Of a DNA stretch of 64,000 nucleotides, positions 29,425-39,932 are shown piece after piece (position 1 is the stretch's first letter; every line of letters begins with the position of its first letter). Source of the stretch: Promethearchaeota archaeon (GTDB lineage: Archaea > Asgardarchaeota > Lokiarchaeia > Sigyniarchaeales > SOKP01); contig JBHLMQ010000012.1 of NCBI GenBank assembly GCA_048938005.1, positions 12,038-76,037 of the forward strand. The letters are read 5' to 3'. A program made the position numbers and the translations under genes. The notes under the pieces were generated by a model. The model searched no databases. It saw only the letters and a program-made list of their open reading frames with translations, and had not been told where the DNA came from.

Positions 29425-30867
29425 TTAACGATTTTCTACATCCCATATTTCTTTTCCCCAGTAATCTGCAGGAAAGCGGTAGTCATCTCCCTTACTTTCT
29501 TCGAGAGAACTTGTAGAAAAGAAAATAATGCGTGTATCTTCTTCTAATGACCTAAATCCATTAGCATAATTAGGTGGTATAAATAAAACTTGTGGATGTC
29601 TATCAGACAAAATATAACGATTAACCTCTTGATTTTTTGAAGGTGATTTAATATCTTCAAGTTTTACGGCAGCAACAATAGCGGAACCTTTTGAAACATA
29701 GATATATTTAGCTTCATTCATGTGTCCATGAAATGCGCGAATAGTTGAGGTTGAAAAATTATGAACTTGGTAGAAGCGTTTAACACCATAAAAAGTGAAA
29801 TCATTAGCAAAATTTAAACTGCCTCTATCATCAACAGCAATTCCTCCCTCAATTAATTGTAATTCTTTTCTGCCGATAGTCTGTGTTATTTTTACTCTTT
29901 CAGCTAATTTTAGATTAGAATATATTCCTTTATGAAAATTCAATATAGTTGGAGATTTAATAATTTCTCTTACTGCATCTTCAATATTATACTTAAATTC
30001 GAAGCCAGTATTCATTAATTTACTGCTATCTACCATATAGCTTCTCTTATCTACAATATTCTTATCTATTTCAATTTCACAACTCGTAATTTCCTTTACA
30101 ATTTCACCTAATCGTAATAAACTTAGATTTTCACCCCTTACATTGTAAACTCCAAGTAAATTATTTTTAATAACATGCACTATAGCTCGAGCTATATCAC
30201 GAATATGAACAAATGGGCGTTCTTGTTCACCACCAAAAATAGTTATTTTATTAAATTTTACAGCCCTCGCTGCAAAGGTATTTACAACTAAATCATAACG
30301 CATTCTTGGACTTAGTCCATAAGCTGTACCTAACCTTAGAATACAATGATTATCACCACATATCTCTCTTATAAGACGTTCTTGAGTATATTTAGTTTGA
30401 CCATAAAAATCAATAGGAAATCCCTCATCTTCTTCCTTTACAATAACATTTGGTTCACTCCCATAAATACTGCATGTGCTAATATGGACAACAAATTTTT
30501 TCATCTTCTTACATATATCAGCAATATTTCTCGCACCTATGCAGTTTATATCAATAGCTAAATTAGTGTCTATTAAGCAAGCAGGATCGCCAACAATTGC
30601 CGCTAGATTTACTACAATATCATAATTCTTAACAATGCTCTCAATTTGATCTTTATTTCGTACATCTGCTTCAATAAATGGATTTGGAGGGTGAAGATCT
30701 CGATAAAGATGATTATCTAAAATTTCAACTTCCCATCCCTCTTGTTTCATAATATCGTATAAAACACTTCCAATATATCCAAGTCCACCCAAAATCAAAA
30801 CTTTATTTGGCATAGTTCTTTCTATTTGGTTTTTATTCAAGAGATTTTTCTCTAAATCATATTTCAC
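29425..30867 (-). CDS. Fusion protein: N-terminal SDR nucleotide-sugar epimerase/dehydratase plus C-terminal cupin sugar epimerase/isomerase domain (RmlC/FdtA/WxcM-like)
   Basis: N-terminal half: VLILGGLGYIGSVL and YGQTKYTQE. C-terminal roughly 140 aa: DDRGSLNFAN, IRAFHGHMNEAKYIYVSKGSA, LFIPPNYANGF. Confidence 0.75.
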   Translation of the reverse strand: MKYDLEKNLLNKNQIERTMPNKVLILGGLGYIGSVLYDIMKQEGWEVEILDNHLYRDLHPPNPFIEADVRNKDQIESIVKNYDIVVNLAAIVGDPACLIDTNLAIDINCIGARNIADICKKMKKFVVHISTCSIYGSEPNVIVKEEDEGFPIDFYGQTKYTQERLIREICGDNHCILRLGTAYGLSPRMRYDLVVNTFAARAVKFNKITIFGGEQERPFVHIRDIARAIVHVIKNNLLGVYNVRGENLSLLRLGEIVKEITSCEIEIDKNIVDKRSYMVDSSKLMNTGFEFKYNIEDAVREIIKSPTILNFHKGIYSNLKLAERVKITQTIGRKELQLIEGGIAVDDRGSLNFANDFTFYGVKRFYQVHNFSTSTIRAFHGHMNEAKYIYVSKGSAIVAAVKLEDIKSPSKNQEVNRYILSDRHPQVLFIPPNYANGFRSLEEDTRIIFFSTSSLEESKGDDYRFPADYWGKEIWDVENR

Positions 30868-31177
30868 TATTTATTACTAATGTAAATTTAACTAATAATA
30901 AAAATTAATTTAATTTTCGTCATTTATGAAAGTTTTAGAATTCTCTTATCAAAATATAAAATAACTGAAATAGTAAATTCAGAATAATAATTTACTCCCT
31001 GATATTACATTTGAATAATTAAGTTTTTAATTAAGAATCTCAGATTTTTTAATCCGAATAGCTTTTTTTCTCATTTATTATATCAAATTTTATATTTATT
31101 GCAAATATTTTTAATATTATACGAAAAATTTTGAGTATTTTTTAAGATTTTAAAATAAATCTACTGATAAGAGTTAT

Positions 31178-32395
31178 TTGATGAATATTCTTGTTCTCCA
31201 AGAAACAGATTGGCTTACTCGAGGGCCAAATACACAACATCACATTTTCGAGAGAATTTCAAAAAATCCTAATATTAAAGTTACTGTATTTGATTATGAT
31301 ATTGATAAAACAATGCGTTCTAAATCAATTTTCATAAAAAAGCAGATTTTTACTAATATTCATCGGGCAGTGGAACATTCAAACGTACAAATTTTTCGAA
31401 CAGCTCACATACAAGTTCCTTATCTTAGAAGAATATCTTCTTTAATAACAAATTTTTTTGAAATGCTTAACTTAATAAGAAAAAATCACCCTGATGTTAT
31501 TATAGGATTCTCCTTGACTAATGGAACAATTGGTTTACTTTTATCTAAATTATTTAGAATTCCTTTTGTATTCTATTATATAGATAAGTTACATACATTA
31601 GTACCTATTCAATATGTTAGAAAAATTGCTATGATTCTTTCAAGGTTTTTATTTAAATATTCAGATAAGGTTATTGTTGTGACAAAGTCTCTTCAAAAAT
31701 ATATTCTAAATGAGGGAATTAAACCAGAAAAGGTTAAAATTCTTTTAAATGGAATCTCTTTAGAAAATACACTAGTAAATGAGATAAAACTTAAAAAATT
31801 GAAAGTAAAATATTCAATAAAAGAAAATAATTTTGTTTTATTTTTTATGGGATATTTATATGATTTTGCTGGATTAAAGGAAATTATTGATTATTATAAC
31901 ACAGATGTCAAAAATGGTAAATTAAAATTTAGATTTATAATAATAGGGGATGGTGGAATATTTAACAATTTAGTCAAATATGTTGAAGAAATTAAGGCAG
32001 ATTGGGTAGTTCTTACAGGTAGAATTCCATTTTTTGAAATCACTGAATATATTGAATTAGCTGACCTATGCCTCATGAGTTTTGCTTTAAATAATGTTAC
32101 GAGAGAAATAACTCCAGTCAAAATCATGGAATATATGGCAATGAAAAAACCAGTTTTATCTAATAGTTTACCAGGGGTTATACGTGAGATCGGAAAAAAT
32201 AGTGGAGTAATTTTTGCTAAAAATCAAGGTGAGCTTATAAAGAAAATTGAATCATTATCCTATAATAAGGAAAGTTTAAAGGAAATTGGACAGAAAGGTT
32301 TTAGCTTAATCAAAAAATCTTATGTTTGGCCAAAGATCTTAAAAGATTTTAAAAGAATTTTATTGAATGTAATAAAAAATAAACGTAAAGAGTAA
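31178..32395 (+). CDS. GT4 glycosyltransferase
   Basis: GT-B C-terminal block FIIIGDGGIFNNL and the E-x7-E region ITPVKIMEYMAMKKPVLS. An ATG at 31181 is the likely start. Confidence 0.75.
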   Translation: MMNILVLQETDWLTRGPNTQHHIFERISKNPNIKVTVFDYDIDKTMRSKSIFIKKQIFTNIHRAVEHSNVQIFRTAHIQVPYLRRISSLITNFFEMLNLIRKNHPDVIIGFSLTNGTIGLLLSKLFRIPFVFYYIDKLHTLVPIQYVRKIAMILSRFLFKYSDKVIVVTKSLQKYILNEGIKPEKVKILLNGISLENTLVNEIKLKKLKVKYSIKENNFVLFFMGYLYDFAGLKEIIDYYNTDVKNGKLKFRFIIIGDGGIFNNLVKYVEEIKADWVVLTGRIPFFEITEYIELADLCLMSFALNNVTREITPVKIMEYMAMKKPVLSNSLPGVIREIGKNSGVIFAKNQGELIKKIESLSYNKESLKEIGQKGFSLIKKSYVWPKILKDFKRILLNVIKNKRKE

Positions 32396-32412
32396 TCTGG
32401 GTATAAATATTC

Positions 32413-33192
32413 ATGAATAAAAATATAAATTATGAAGATCAAAAAAGAAGAGAATTAGAATGGTGGGAGCATAGAAAAAAAGGAAAAGTTTCAATTAGTA
32501 AATTCTTTAGTTCAAGACTTTTTTATGATCCTTTAAGGAGTGGTTTTAGTTATATTCTTTCTAAAAAAAGGTTGAAAAATATTGTTCAACAACATTTGAA
32601 AAGTGATAAACTTAAGAAAATATTAATAGCTCCCTGTGGTGAAGGAGACGACTATAAATATCTAAAAGATTTTTCTCATGAAATTTATGGAATTGATCTC
32701 TCCTCTATTTGTATTAAAAACTGTCCAGCTAAAATGATTACTAAAACAGGTGATATCTTAAGATCTGGTTATTCGGATGAAACTTTTGATCTTATAGCAA
32801 GTACTTTATTCTTCCACCACCTAATAAAAATTGGATTTCAACCTTTTTTAAAAGAATTTTATAGAATTTTGAAACCAGGTGGAAAAATTGTAATTTTAGA
32901 TTTTTCTGTTTTTTATCCTTTAAATGCAATTACTAGACCTTTAAAAACAATTTTTCGAAATCCTTTTGGGGAAATAGAAGAGGAGGGCCCTTTTCGTCCA
33001 AAATATATGATTAACTCCTTAAGTCAAGTAGGATTTAAAAATCTAGAGTTGTATGGTGGAACTTTTAGTCATTGTTCTTTTTACGTTCCTTTAGCTAAAT
33101 TAATTCACTTTATTACAACACCTTTATTAAATAGGTGGCCGTTTAAATTATTTACATGGACAGTAATTTTTTGGGCGCAAAAGCCAATGTAA
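32413..33192 (+). CDS. Class I SAM-dependent methyltransferase (Methyltransf_11-like)
   Basis: ILIAPCGEGDDY (motif I), FDLIASTLFFHH, LKPGGKIVILDF. Confidence 0.75.
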   Translation: MNKNINYEDQKRRELEWWEHRKKGKVSISKFFSSRLFYDPLRSGFSYILSKKRLKNIVQQHLKSDKLKKILIAPCGEGDDYKYLKDFSHEIYGIDLSSICIKNCPAKMITKTGDILRSGYSDETFDLIASTLFFHHLIKIGFQPFLKEFYRILKPGGKIVILDFSVFYPLNAITRPLKTIFRNPFGEIEEEGPFRPKYMINSLSQVGFKNLELYGGTFSHCSFYVPLAKLIHFITTPLLNRWPFKLFTWTVIFWAQKPM

Positions 33193-33289
33193 TTAGGGAA
33201 TTTTTTAATAATCCTTTTACTGAAAACAACCTGTTTACTTATAATTAATTATATAAATTATGTAATTTTGCTAAATAATAGAAATAAGT

Positions 33290-34432
33290 ATGAAAAAGAA
33301 TAGTGCTAAACAAAGAGTAATTTTTTGTACATTTTCGGATTTCGAAGCTGGAAATCAAGGAGATTCTGTAAATGATAGAAAGTTATTTAGGGCAATCCCT
33401 TCAGCTTATGAGAAAATTGCTCTTTATCCTAAATATAAGGAAGTTAATAAAATAGAAATAAAATCTCTGTTCAAATATTTTATAAAATATCTCAATGAAA
33501 TTGTATCCTCAAATAGGATTTTTATTACTCGAGCACCAAAATTAGCTCTTTTTCCAATTATATTGAAAAAACTCTTCAATAATAAAGTCATTATACGAAT
33601 GGGATGTACACCTGTAGTTTTTATTGAAAGAAGAGCATTTGCACGAAATCCAGAATTTCAATATAGTAAAAATTTATTCAAAAGACTTTTCTATTTTCTC
33701 GAACCCCATCTAGAGTTGTATGCCATCCGTCACGCTGATAGATTTATTATAGAAAATGAACGGGCAAAAAATATGGCCATCTTTTATGGTGCTGATCTTG
33801 AGAAAATCAAAATTATTCCATATTTTGTTCAAGATTATTTCCTTAAAACTATCACTCTTAATTTTGAAAAAAAAAAAGACATTTTTAAAATAGGTTATAC
33901 TGGAAGGTTTAGTCTATATGATTTATTAAATCCCGTCATTGATGCAGTTTATTTACTAAAGGAACAAGGATATAAAATTAAATTATTTTTAATAGGTGAT
34001 GGAATTACAAGAAAAAGTATGGAAAATTATGTAAAAACAAGGGATTTAGAAGAAAACATTATATTTTTAGGCTCAAAACCTCATAGAGAAGTTTCAGATT
34101 TAATAAATCAATATCATTGTCTCGTTTTGCCAATGTTAAATAATATTTGCCCTTCAGCAGTAGCAATTAAAATATTAGAAGGTGTGATGAAAGGAAAAAT
34201 TATTATTACAACTGAGAGTGGTAATAATGTCTCATTATTTTTAGGGAACAACGATTTAATCTTAAAAGAGTGCACAAGTAATTTAATAGCTGAAAAAATA
34301 AAACTAGTTTATGAGAACTATGATAAATATAAAGATATTTCAATAAATATTAGCAAATATCATAGGAAAAATCGTTCAAAACAGATTTATAGAGAAAAAA
34401 TTAAAGCTTTATTAAATGAATTATCTTTTTGA
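33290..34432 (+). CDS. GT4-like glycosyltransferase
   Basis: IGYTGRFSLYD, FLIGDGITRKSMENYV, AVAIKILEGVMKGKIIITT. Confidence 0.6.
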   Translation: MKKNSAKQRVIFCTFSDFEAGNQGDSVNDRKLFRAIPSAYEKIALYPKYKEVNKIEIKSLFKYFIKYLNEIVSSNRIFITRAPKLALFPIILKKLFNNKVIIRMGCTPVVFIERRAFARNPEFQYSKNLFKRLFYFLEPHLELYAIRHADRFIIENERAKNMAIFYGADLEKIKIIPYFVQDYFLKTITLNFEKKKDIFKIGYTGRFSLYDLLNPVIDAVYLLKEQGYKIKLFLIGDGITRKSMENYVKTRDLEENIIFLGSKPHREVSDLINQYHCLVLPMLNNICPSAVAIKILEGVMKGKIIITTESGNNVSLFLGNNDLILKECTSNLIAEKIKLVYENYDKYKDISINISKYHRKNRSKQIYREKIKALLNELSF

Positions 34433-34713
34433 AGATAAAGATCATGAATATCTACTAGAATTAAATCCTAGCTTCTTAATAATAGATAATCAATTAATTT
34501 ATCCATCTTAGCACAATTTAGATGGTTCTAATATATTAAAGAATTTGCAGTTATTTATAATATAAAATATTAAAACAATTTTTTTGGCAATCTTAAAAAA
34601 CAACTAAATAAATCTGCAAACTATTTTATTTTTAGGATGTTTTATAAATATTTTTAAGTAGAAAGTCTATTTTTTATTATAGATAGAAAAAACAAAAATA
34701 CAACCGTGAAATA

Positions 34714-36387
34714 ATGGATAAACAGAGAATTTTGAAAGAAGCTCAACGTATTGCTAAGGAATTTTCTTTTTGGATGGTTTCGGGAAATATATCTCATTTA
34801 TATGGTTATATATATGAAACTCCGGAAAAAAAATATGAATTGGAAATCAAGTTTGATGAAAATTTTCCGAATAGTCCCCCTCAAATGATTTATAATAATG
34901 AGATTAAAGAATTATTAGGAAATTTTCAGTTAAATAATCTTATTAATTGGACACCTGAGTCTAGCGTAGTTAATATTATTTATGAGCTTAAAACAAAAAT
35001 TGAAGATGTTTTGAAATCACTTAAAGAAATAACAGAAAAAAGATTAATTCCAATTGAAGAAGAACACACTATTGATAGTACTTCCAAAAGTGAAGAATAT
35101 ATTACACCTGATCTAAATGTTTACCCACCAGATTTTCAATATGATGAATATATTACTACTTCAGCTTCTCCTGATGATTTATTTTATAGCGAACAGCCAT
35201 TTATGAGCCCATCAAGTGATTTTGATTCATCTCTTATCGACAAATCTGAAAATGAATCCAAAATATCAATTCAAGAAAATATTATAGAGGAGAATAACCA
35301 ATTAAGTGTTTTAATTAATACTGAATTAGGTTTAATTCAACAAGAATATGCTTATGATCAACTAGGATCCAAGAGAGCAGATATTAATGTTTATATTACA
35401 ATAACTCTTACAAAAACATTTATAATTTCAATAAATTTCATGAGTTACCCTAAACGACCAATTATAACCTTTCCTGATGAGTTGAACAAAATATTAAGGG
35501 ATCCTTACAAAACCTTGAGCACTTTGAGAGAATGGAATTCTAAAACACCATTACACATTGTAGATATCATCCATGAATTAGAGAAAAAATTATTTTTTAT
35601 TAGAGAAATAGAACTTCAATCTAAAAAAATTTCAGGCGAATATCAATGTGAAAAAGTTCCTGCTAGTATCACAGCACTACAAGTTCATTTATTAACTTAT
35701 GGTTTTAAGAAATATAATATGAGTATTGATCTTGAGTCTTATCCAAATCCCCCTATTCTTGATTTATCCTCTGAATTGGAGGAAATTATCCAGATCCCCA
35801 TTACAGAATTAAACGCCTATAAAAATTGGATAGAAAAAGAATCTGAACCAGTCGAAATTATAAGAGAAATTTCTTGGTTAGTTGATAAGAATTCGAGAAT
35901 TAATTTTGAAATTGATTTATTAAAAGACCATTATCAAAATATAAAATATGAACCATCAACAGCAACTATAAATATAGAAATGAAAGGTAAAATGAAAACT
36001 GAAGATTTAACGTTTGAATTTCAAATTAATTTACCTATTGAATATCCAATGAAAATGCCCGAAGTTAAAGTTATAAACGAATTTGAACTTGAAGCTCATG
36101 AGAAAATAAAAAATAACTTACATGCCTCATTTAATGACTTTTTTAATGAATGGACACCATTTAGTTATCTTGTAGATTTATTTAATTTAATTTCTAAGAA
36201 AATTTTTGAAGTATCAGTAGTATCGTGTGTCATCTGCCACAAAATTGAATGTCCAAGTTGTACTAAAAAAATTGCAGGTGAAGATAATTGTCATTCAGAA
36301 TGTCCCCATTGTAATAGAGTATATCATAAACATTGTTGGGAACAAACTATTAAATCATTTGGTAAATGTGGTTTCTGCTTAAGATAG
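34714..36387 (+). CDS. Four tandem UBC-fold E2-variant (UEV/RWD-like, no catalytic Cys) domains plus C-terminal RING-H2-like zinc finger
   Basis: Each domain has a YPxxP(P) flap followed by a W..(T)P helix. D1: FDENFPNSPPQMIY...GNFQLNNLINWTPESSVVNIIYEL. D2: MSYPKRPIITF...LREWNSKTPLHIVDIIHEL. D3: ESYPNPPILDL...YKNWIEKESEPVEIIREI. D4: IEYPMKMPEVKV...FNEWTPFSYLVDLFNLI. The finger is CVICHKIECPSCTKKIAGEDNCHSECPHCNRVYHKHCWEQTIKSFGKCGFC. Confidence 0.6.
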   Translation: MDKQRILKEAQRIAKEFSFWMVSGNISHLYGYIYETPEKKYELEIKFDENFPNSPPQMIYNNEIKELLGNFQLNNLINWTPESSVVNIIYELKTKIEDVLKSLKEITEKRLIPIEEEHTIDSTSKSEEYITPDLNVYPPDFQYDEYITTSASPDDLFYSEQPFMSPSSDFDSSLIDKSENESKISIQENIIEENNQLSVLINTELGLIQQEYAYDQLGSKRADINVYITITLTKTFIISINFMSYPKRPIITFPDELNKILRDPYKTLSTLREWNSKTPLHIVDIIHELEKKLFFIREIELQSKKISGEYQCEKVPASITALQVHLLTYGFKKYNMSIDLESYPNPPILDLSSELEEIIQIPITELNAYKNWIEKESEPVEIIREISWLVDKNSRINFEIDLLKDHYQNIKYEPSTATINIEMKGKMKTEDLTFEFQINLPIEYPMKMPEVKVINEFELEAHEKIKNNLHASFNDFFNEWTPFSYLVDLFNLISKKIFEVSVVSCVICHKIECPSCTKKIAGEDNCHSECPHCNRVYHKHCWEQTIKSFGKCGFCLR

Positions 36388-36692
36388 ATTTGAACTTCTA
36401 TATACCTTTCATAAATCAATACTATTAGATATTTTAACTTTAAATAAAAAGTTTTCAACAATTACTTTTTTATTTTAACATTGTTCAGCTTTTAAAAACC
36501 TTAAAATAATTAAAAATGGATTTTGTTCAAGGCTTTTCTAGCTTGAAATAATGCCCAATTTAAAGATTGAACCTCAATTTGAATGATTTTATGTTGTTGT
36601 TAAATTGAAAATTCACATATATAAGTTTTTAGGTGAATTAATTAAATTTTTTAATCTGAACTTCTTATTATAAACATTCATAATTTTACGAG

Positions 36693-39600
36693 ATGGTTTT
36701 CTTGGAAGTATTGGATAAGAAGTTGAATTTAATAGAATTAGAAGAAAAAGTATTAGAATTCTGGAAAGATCAAGATATATATTCATTGATAAGAAAAAAG
36801 GAAGAAGGAAAAAAAGTTTGGAGATTTATTGATGGCCCACCTTATACTACAGGTTCAATTCATATTGGAACAGCATGGAATAAAGTTTTAAAAGATTATT
36901 TAATAAAATATAAACGGATGAGAGGTTTTAAAGTTACGGATACACCGGGTTATGATACTCATGGATTGCCAATCGAGGTTCAAATGGAAAAGGAATTAGG
37001 CATTACAAATAAACAGGAAATTCAAGAATATGGTATAGATAAATTTATTAAGAACTGTAAAGAATTTGCACAAAAGAACCTTAAGATAATGAATGAACAG
37101 TTTAAAAGATTAGGATGTTACTTCTGGGATTGGGATAACCCCTATATTACTTTTAAAAATAGTTATCTTGAAGGCATCTGGTGGACTTTAAAGAAAGCCT
37201 GGAAAAACGATTTGTTATATCAATTTTATCGACCTTTAAATTGTTGTCCGAGATGTGCAACTGCTTTAGCTAAGCATGAGCATGAGTATAAAAATATTAA
37301 GGATACAAGTCTATTTTTAAAGATAAAGGCTGTGGATATGGAAAATACATATTTTATAATCTGGACAACAACACCTTGGACATTAGTTGCTAATGAAGCT
37401 ATTATGGCGAATCCATTTGCTGAATATAGTAAAGTGTATATTGAACAAATTGATGAGTATTGGATACTTTCAAAAGCATCAATAACCCATCTTATTTCGG
37501 GAGAATTAGGATATAAATATAAGATTGTAAAGGATTATACAGGTGAGGAGCTAGAAGGGATGAAGTATATTCATCCATTATCAGAAGAAATACCATTTCA
37601 AAAGGAATTGGCAAAACAAAGTGATACCGTTCATTCTATTATATTATCTGATGAATATGTTTCAGCTTCAGAAGGGGTTGGGTTAGTTCATTCTGCTCCA
37701 GGACATGGTCCTGAAGATTTTGAGGTAGGAGTTGCCAATAATATTCCTGTGTTTACACCCGTAAATATAAGAGGTATATATACAAAAGAAGCAGGAAAAT
37801 TTGAAGGAAAATTTGTATTTGACGCAAATGAAGAGATTTTGGAGTTATTAAAGGAAAAAGGAACCTTAATATTAACAAATGAAATAGAACACGAGTATGC
37901 TCATTGTTGGCGATGTGATTCAAAATTAGTATATAGAGCAACAAATCAATGGTTTTTTAAAACAGAAAGTCTTGTCCCTGAATTACTTAAAAAGAATGAA
38001 GAAATTTATTGGGTTCCAGATTGGGCAGGTAATAGATGGTTTAAAAGTTGGTTATCTAGTTTGAAAGATTGGTGTATATCAAGACAACGTTTTTGGGGTA
38101 TACCTTTAAGTGTATGGATTTGTGATAATGAAGAATGTAAAGATATCACTGTAATAGGTTCAGCTAAAGAATTAAAAGAGATCGCTGGAGAATGTCCTGA
38201 AGATTTGCATCGTCCATGGATCGATAAAGTCACTTGGAAATGTAAAAAATGTAATCAAGGTACAAAAAAGAGAATTCCCGATATTCTAGATGTTTGGTTA
38301 GATTCCGGTTCTGTAATATGGGCTGCTCAAGAAATTTATGATGGGAAAAGTCATTTTGACACATGGATTCCTGCGGATTTTATACTTGAAGGTAAAGATC
38401 AAATAAGAGGATGGTTTAATACTCTTTTATGTAGTGCAATGGTTTCATCTCGACGTAAAAACTATGATGCCTGTTATATGCACGGCTGGACTTTAAGAGA
38501 AAAATTAAAAATGAGTAAATCAAGAGGAACTCAAATTTATCCTGAAGATCTTATTGATGGAACTTTAGAAGAGCTTAAAAAGAATAAAGCTTATTCAAAT
38601 ATAAAAGGAATTGAGACTTTCCGTTTCTATTCGATGGGTGTAACACAACCAGGTCGGGATTTCAATTTTGTTGCAAAAGAATATGCTGATACTTATAAAA
38701 TTATTAACACTATCTGGAATGTCTATGTATATGCTAATGAAAAATTTAATTTAGCAGAATTTAACCCTTCAAAGGTAAAATGGGATGAAAAATCTCTTAG
38801 TAAATTAGACATATGGATACTTTCAAGATTAAATTCTGTAATAAAAAAAATTACTGAATTGGCAGATAATTATGAATTACCATGGATTACTGGCGAATTA
38901 AGAGATTTAATTGTAAATGATATTAGTAGATGGTATATAATGTTAAATCGAGAGAAACTTGATATTTATTCCGAAGATCCTAATAAATTATTAATAATGA
39001 AAGTTCTCTATCACATCCTATATGAAGTCCTATTGCTATTAGCACCAGTTAATCCAATGATAAGCGAAACAATTTTTCTCAAAATGTATAAATCACAATT
39101 AAAATCAATTGATTTAGAAGAAACAGAAAGCATTCATTTACAAAAATGGCCTAAATATGATGAGAGAAAGATTAATTCAGAATTAGAAGAACAAATGCAT
39201 TTTACGCGAGAATTGATAGAAATTGTTAGAGCTATAAAGGATGAAAATAGAATAAGATTACGATGGCCAAACAAAAAGATAATTATAGAGGCAAAAGAGG
39301 GTATGCCAAAAATAGAGTTTCCTGAGATAATTAAGAAAATTGGAAATGTAAAAGAATTAGAAATAGTCAAATCGGTCAAACCCTCAGATAATTTAATAAA
39401 AGCTGAATCTAAATTCTGTAATGTTTATTTAGATATATCGATTGATAATGATCTATTATCTGAACGTCTAGTAAATGATTTAATAAGAAATATTCAGTTT
39501 ATTCGTAAAAAAAATGGATTTAAAGTTGGAGAAAAAATATTCCTAAAGATTGGCACGAAAATAAAATATCTGAAAGATTTTCTTGAAAGAAATAGAAATA

Positions 39601-39839
39601 CAATTAAAGATAAAATAAATGTTGAAAATCTTGAAATCGCTTCTGTAGATCTTACAGAAGAAAAAGATAAAATTTTTGGAAGTTTAAATATATGTCCAAA
39701 TCGAGATTGTTCTGCCGCATTAAAAGATAATATAATTTCGAGATTAAAGAAAAGATTAGAATTAAAATGTCCACATTGTAAATCTAATATAAGTGAGAAT
39801 ACAATTAAAACAATTACATTTAGTTTTAAGAAAAAATAG
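36693..39839 (+). CDS. ileS: Isoleucyl-tRNA synthetase
   Basis: PPYTTGSIHIGTAWNK (HIGH), LKMSKSRG (KMSKS), CCPRCATAL and CWRCDSKL zinc motifs. Length 1048 aa. Confidence 0.95.
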   Translation: MVFLEVLDKKLNLIELEEKVLEFWKDQDIYSLIRKKEEGKKVWRFIDGPPYTTGSIHIGTAWNKVLKDYLIKYKRMRGFKVTDTPGYDTHGLPIEVQMEKELGITNKQEIQEYGIDKFIKNCKEFAQKNLKIMNEQFKRLGCYFWDWDNPYITFKNSYLEGIWWTLKKAWKNDLLYQFYRPLNCCPRCATALAKHEHEYKNIKDTSLFLKIKAVDMENTYFIIWTTTPWTLVANEAIMANPFAEYSKVYIEQIDEYWILSKASITHLISGELGYKYKIVKDYTGEELEGMKYIHPLSEEIPFQKELAKQSDTVHSIILSDEYVSASEGVGLVHSAPGHGPEDFEVGVANNIPVFTPVNIRGIYTKEAGKFEGKFVFDANEEILELLKEKGTLILTNEIEHEYAHCWRCDSKLVYRATNQWFFKTESLVPELLKKNEEIYWVPDWAGNRWFKSWLSSLKDWCISRQRFWGIPLSVWICDNEECKDITVIGSAKELKEIAGECPEDLHRPWIDKVTWKCKKCNQGTKKRIPDILDVWLDSGSVIWAAQEIYDGKSHFDTWIPADFILEGKDQIRGWFNTLLCSAMVSSRRKNYDACYMHGWTLREKLKMSKSRGTQIYPEDLIDGTLEELKKNKAYSNIKGIETFRFYSMGVTQPGRDFNFVAKEYADTYKIINTIWNVYVYANEKFNLAEFNPSKVKWDEKSLSKLDIWILSRLNSVIKKITELADNYELPWITGELRDLIVNDISRWYIMLNREKLDIYSEDPNKLLIMKVLYHILYEVLLLLAPVNPMISETIFLKMYKSQLKSIDLEETESIHLQKWPKYDERKINSELEEQMHFTRELIEIVRAIKDENRIRLRWPNKKIIIEAKEGMPKIEFPEIIKKIGNVKELEIVKSVKPSDNLIKAESKFCNVYLDISIDNDLLSERLVNDLIRNIQFIRKKNGFKVGEKIFLKIGTKIKYLKDFLERNRNTIKDKINVENLEIASVDLTEEKDKIFGSLNICPNRDCSAALKDNIISRLKKRLELKCPHCKSNISENTIKTITFSFKKK

Positions 39840-39932
39840 TATTGTTATTATACCAATCTTTTTCTATTTTTATAATAATTCTTTAAGCTCCATATTTTTT
39901 ATAATAATCCCGCCAATAATCGAATATATCTT

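Noticed and set aside
36388-36692. A weak inverted repeat (tcaag...cttga, around 36530-36550) between the UEV-RING gene and ileS could be a terminator or a T-box-like leader for ileS.
   Set aside because: The stem is only 5-6 bp in AT-rich sequence, there is no specifier or T-box conserved motif, and T-box riboswitches are not expected in archaea.
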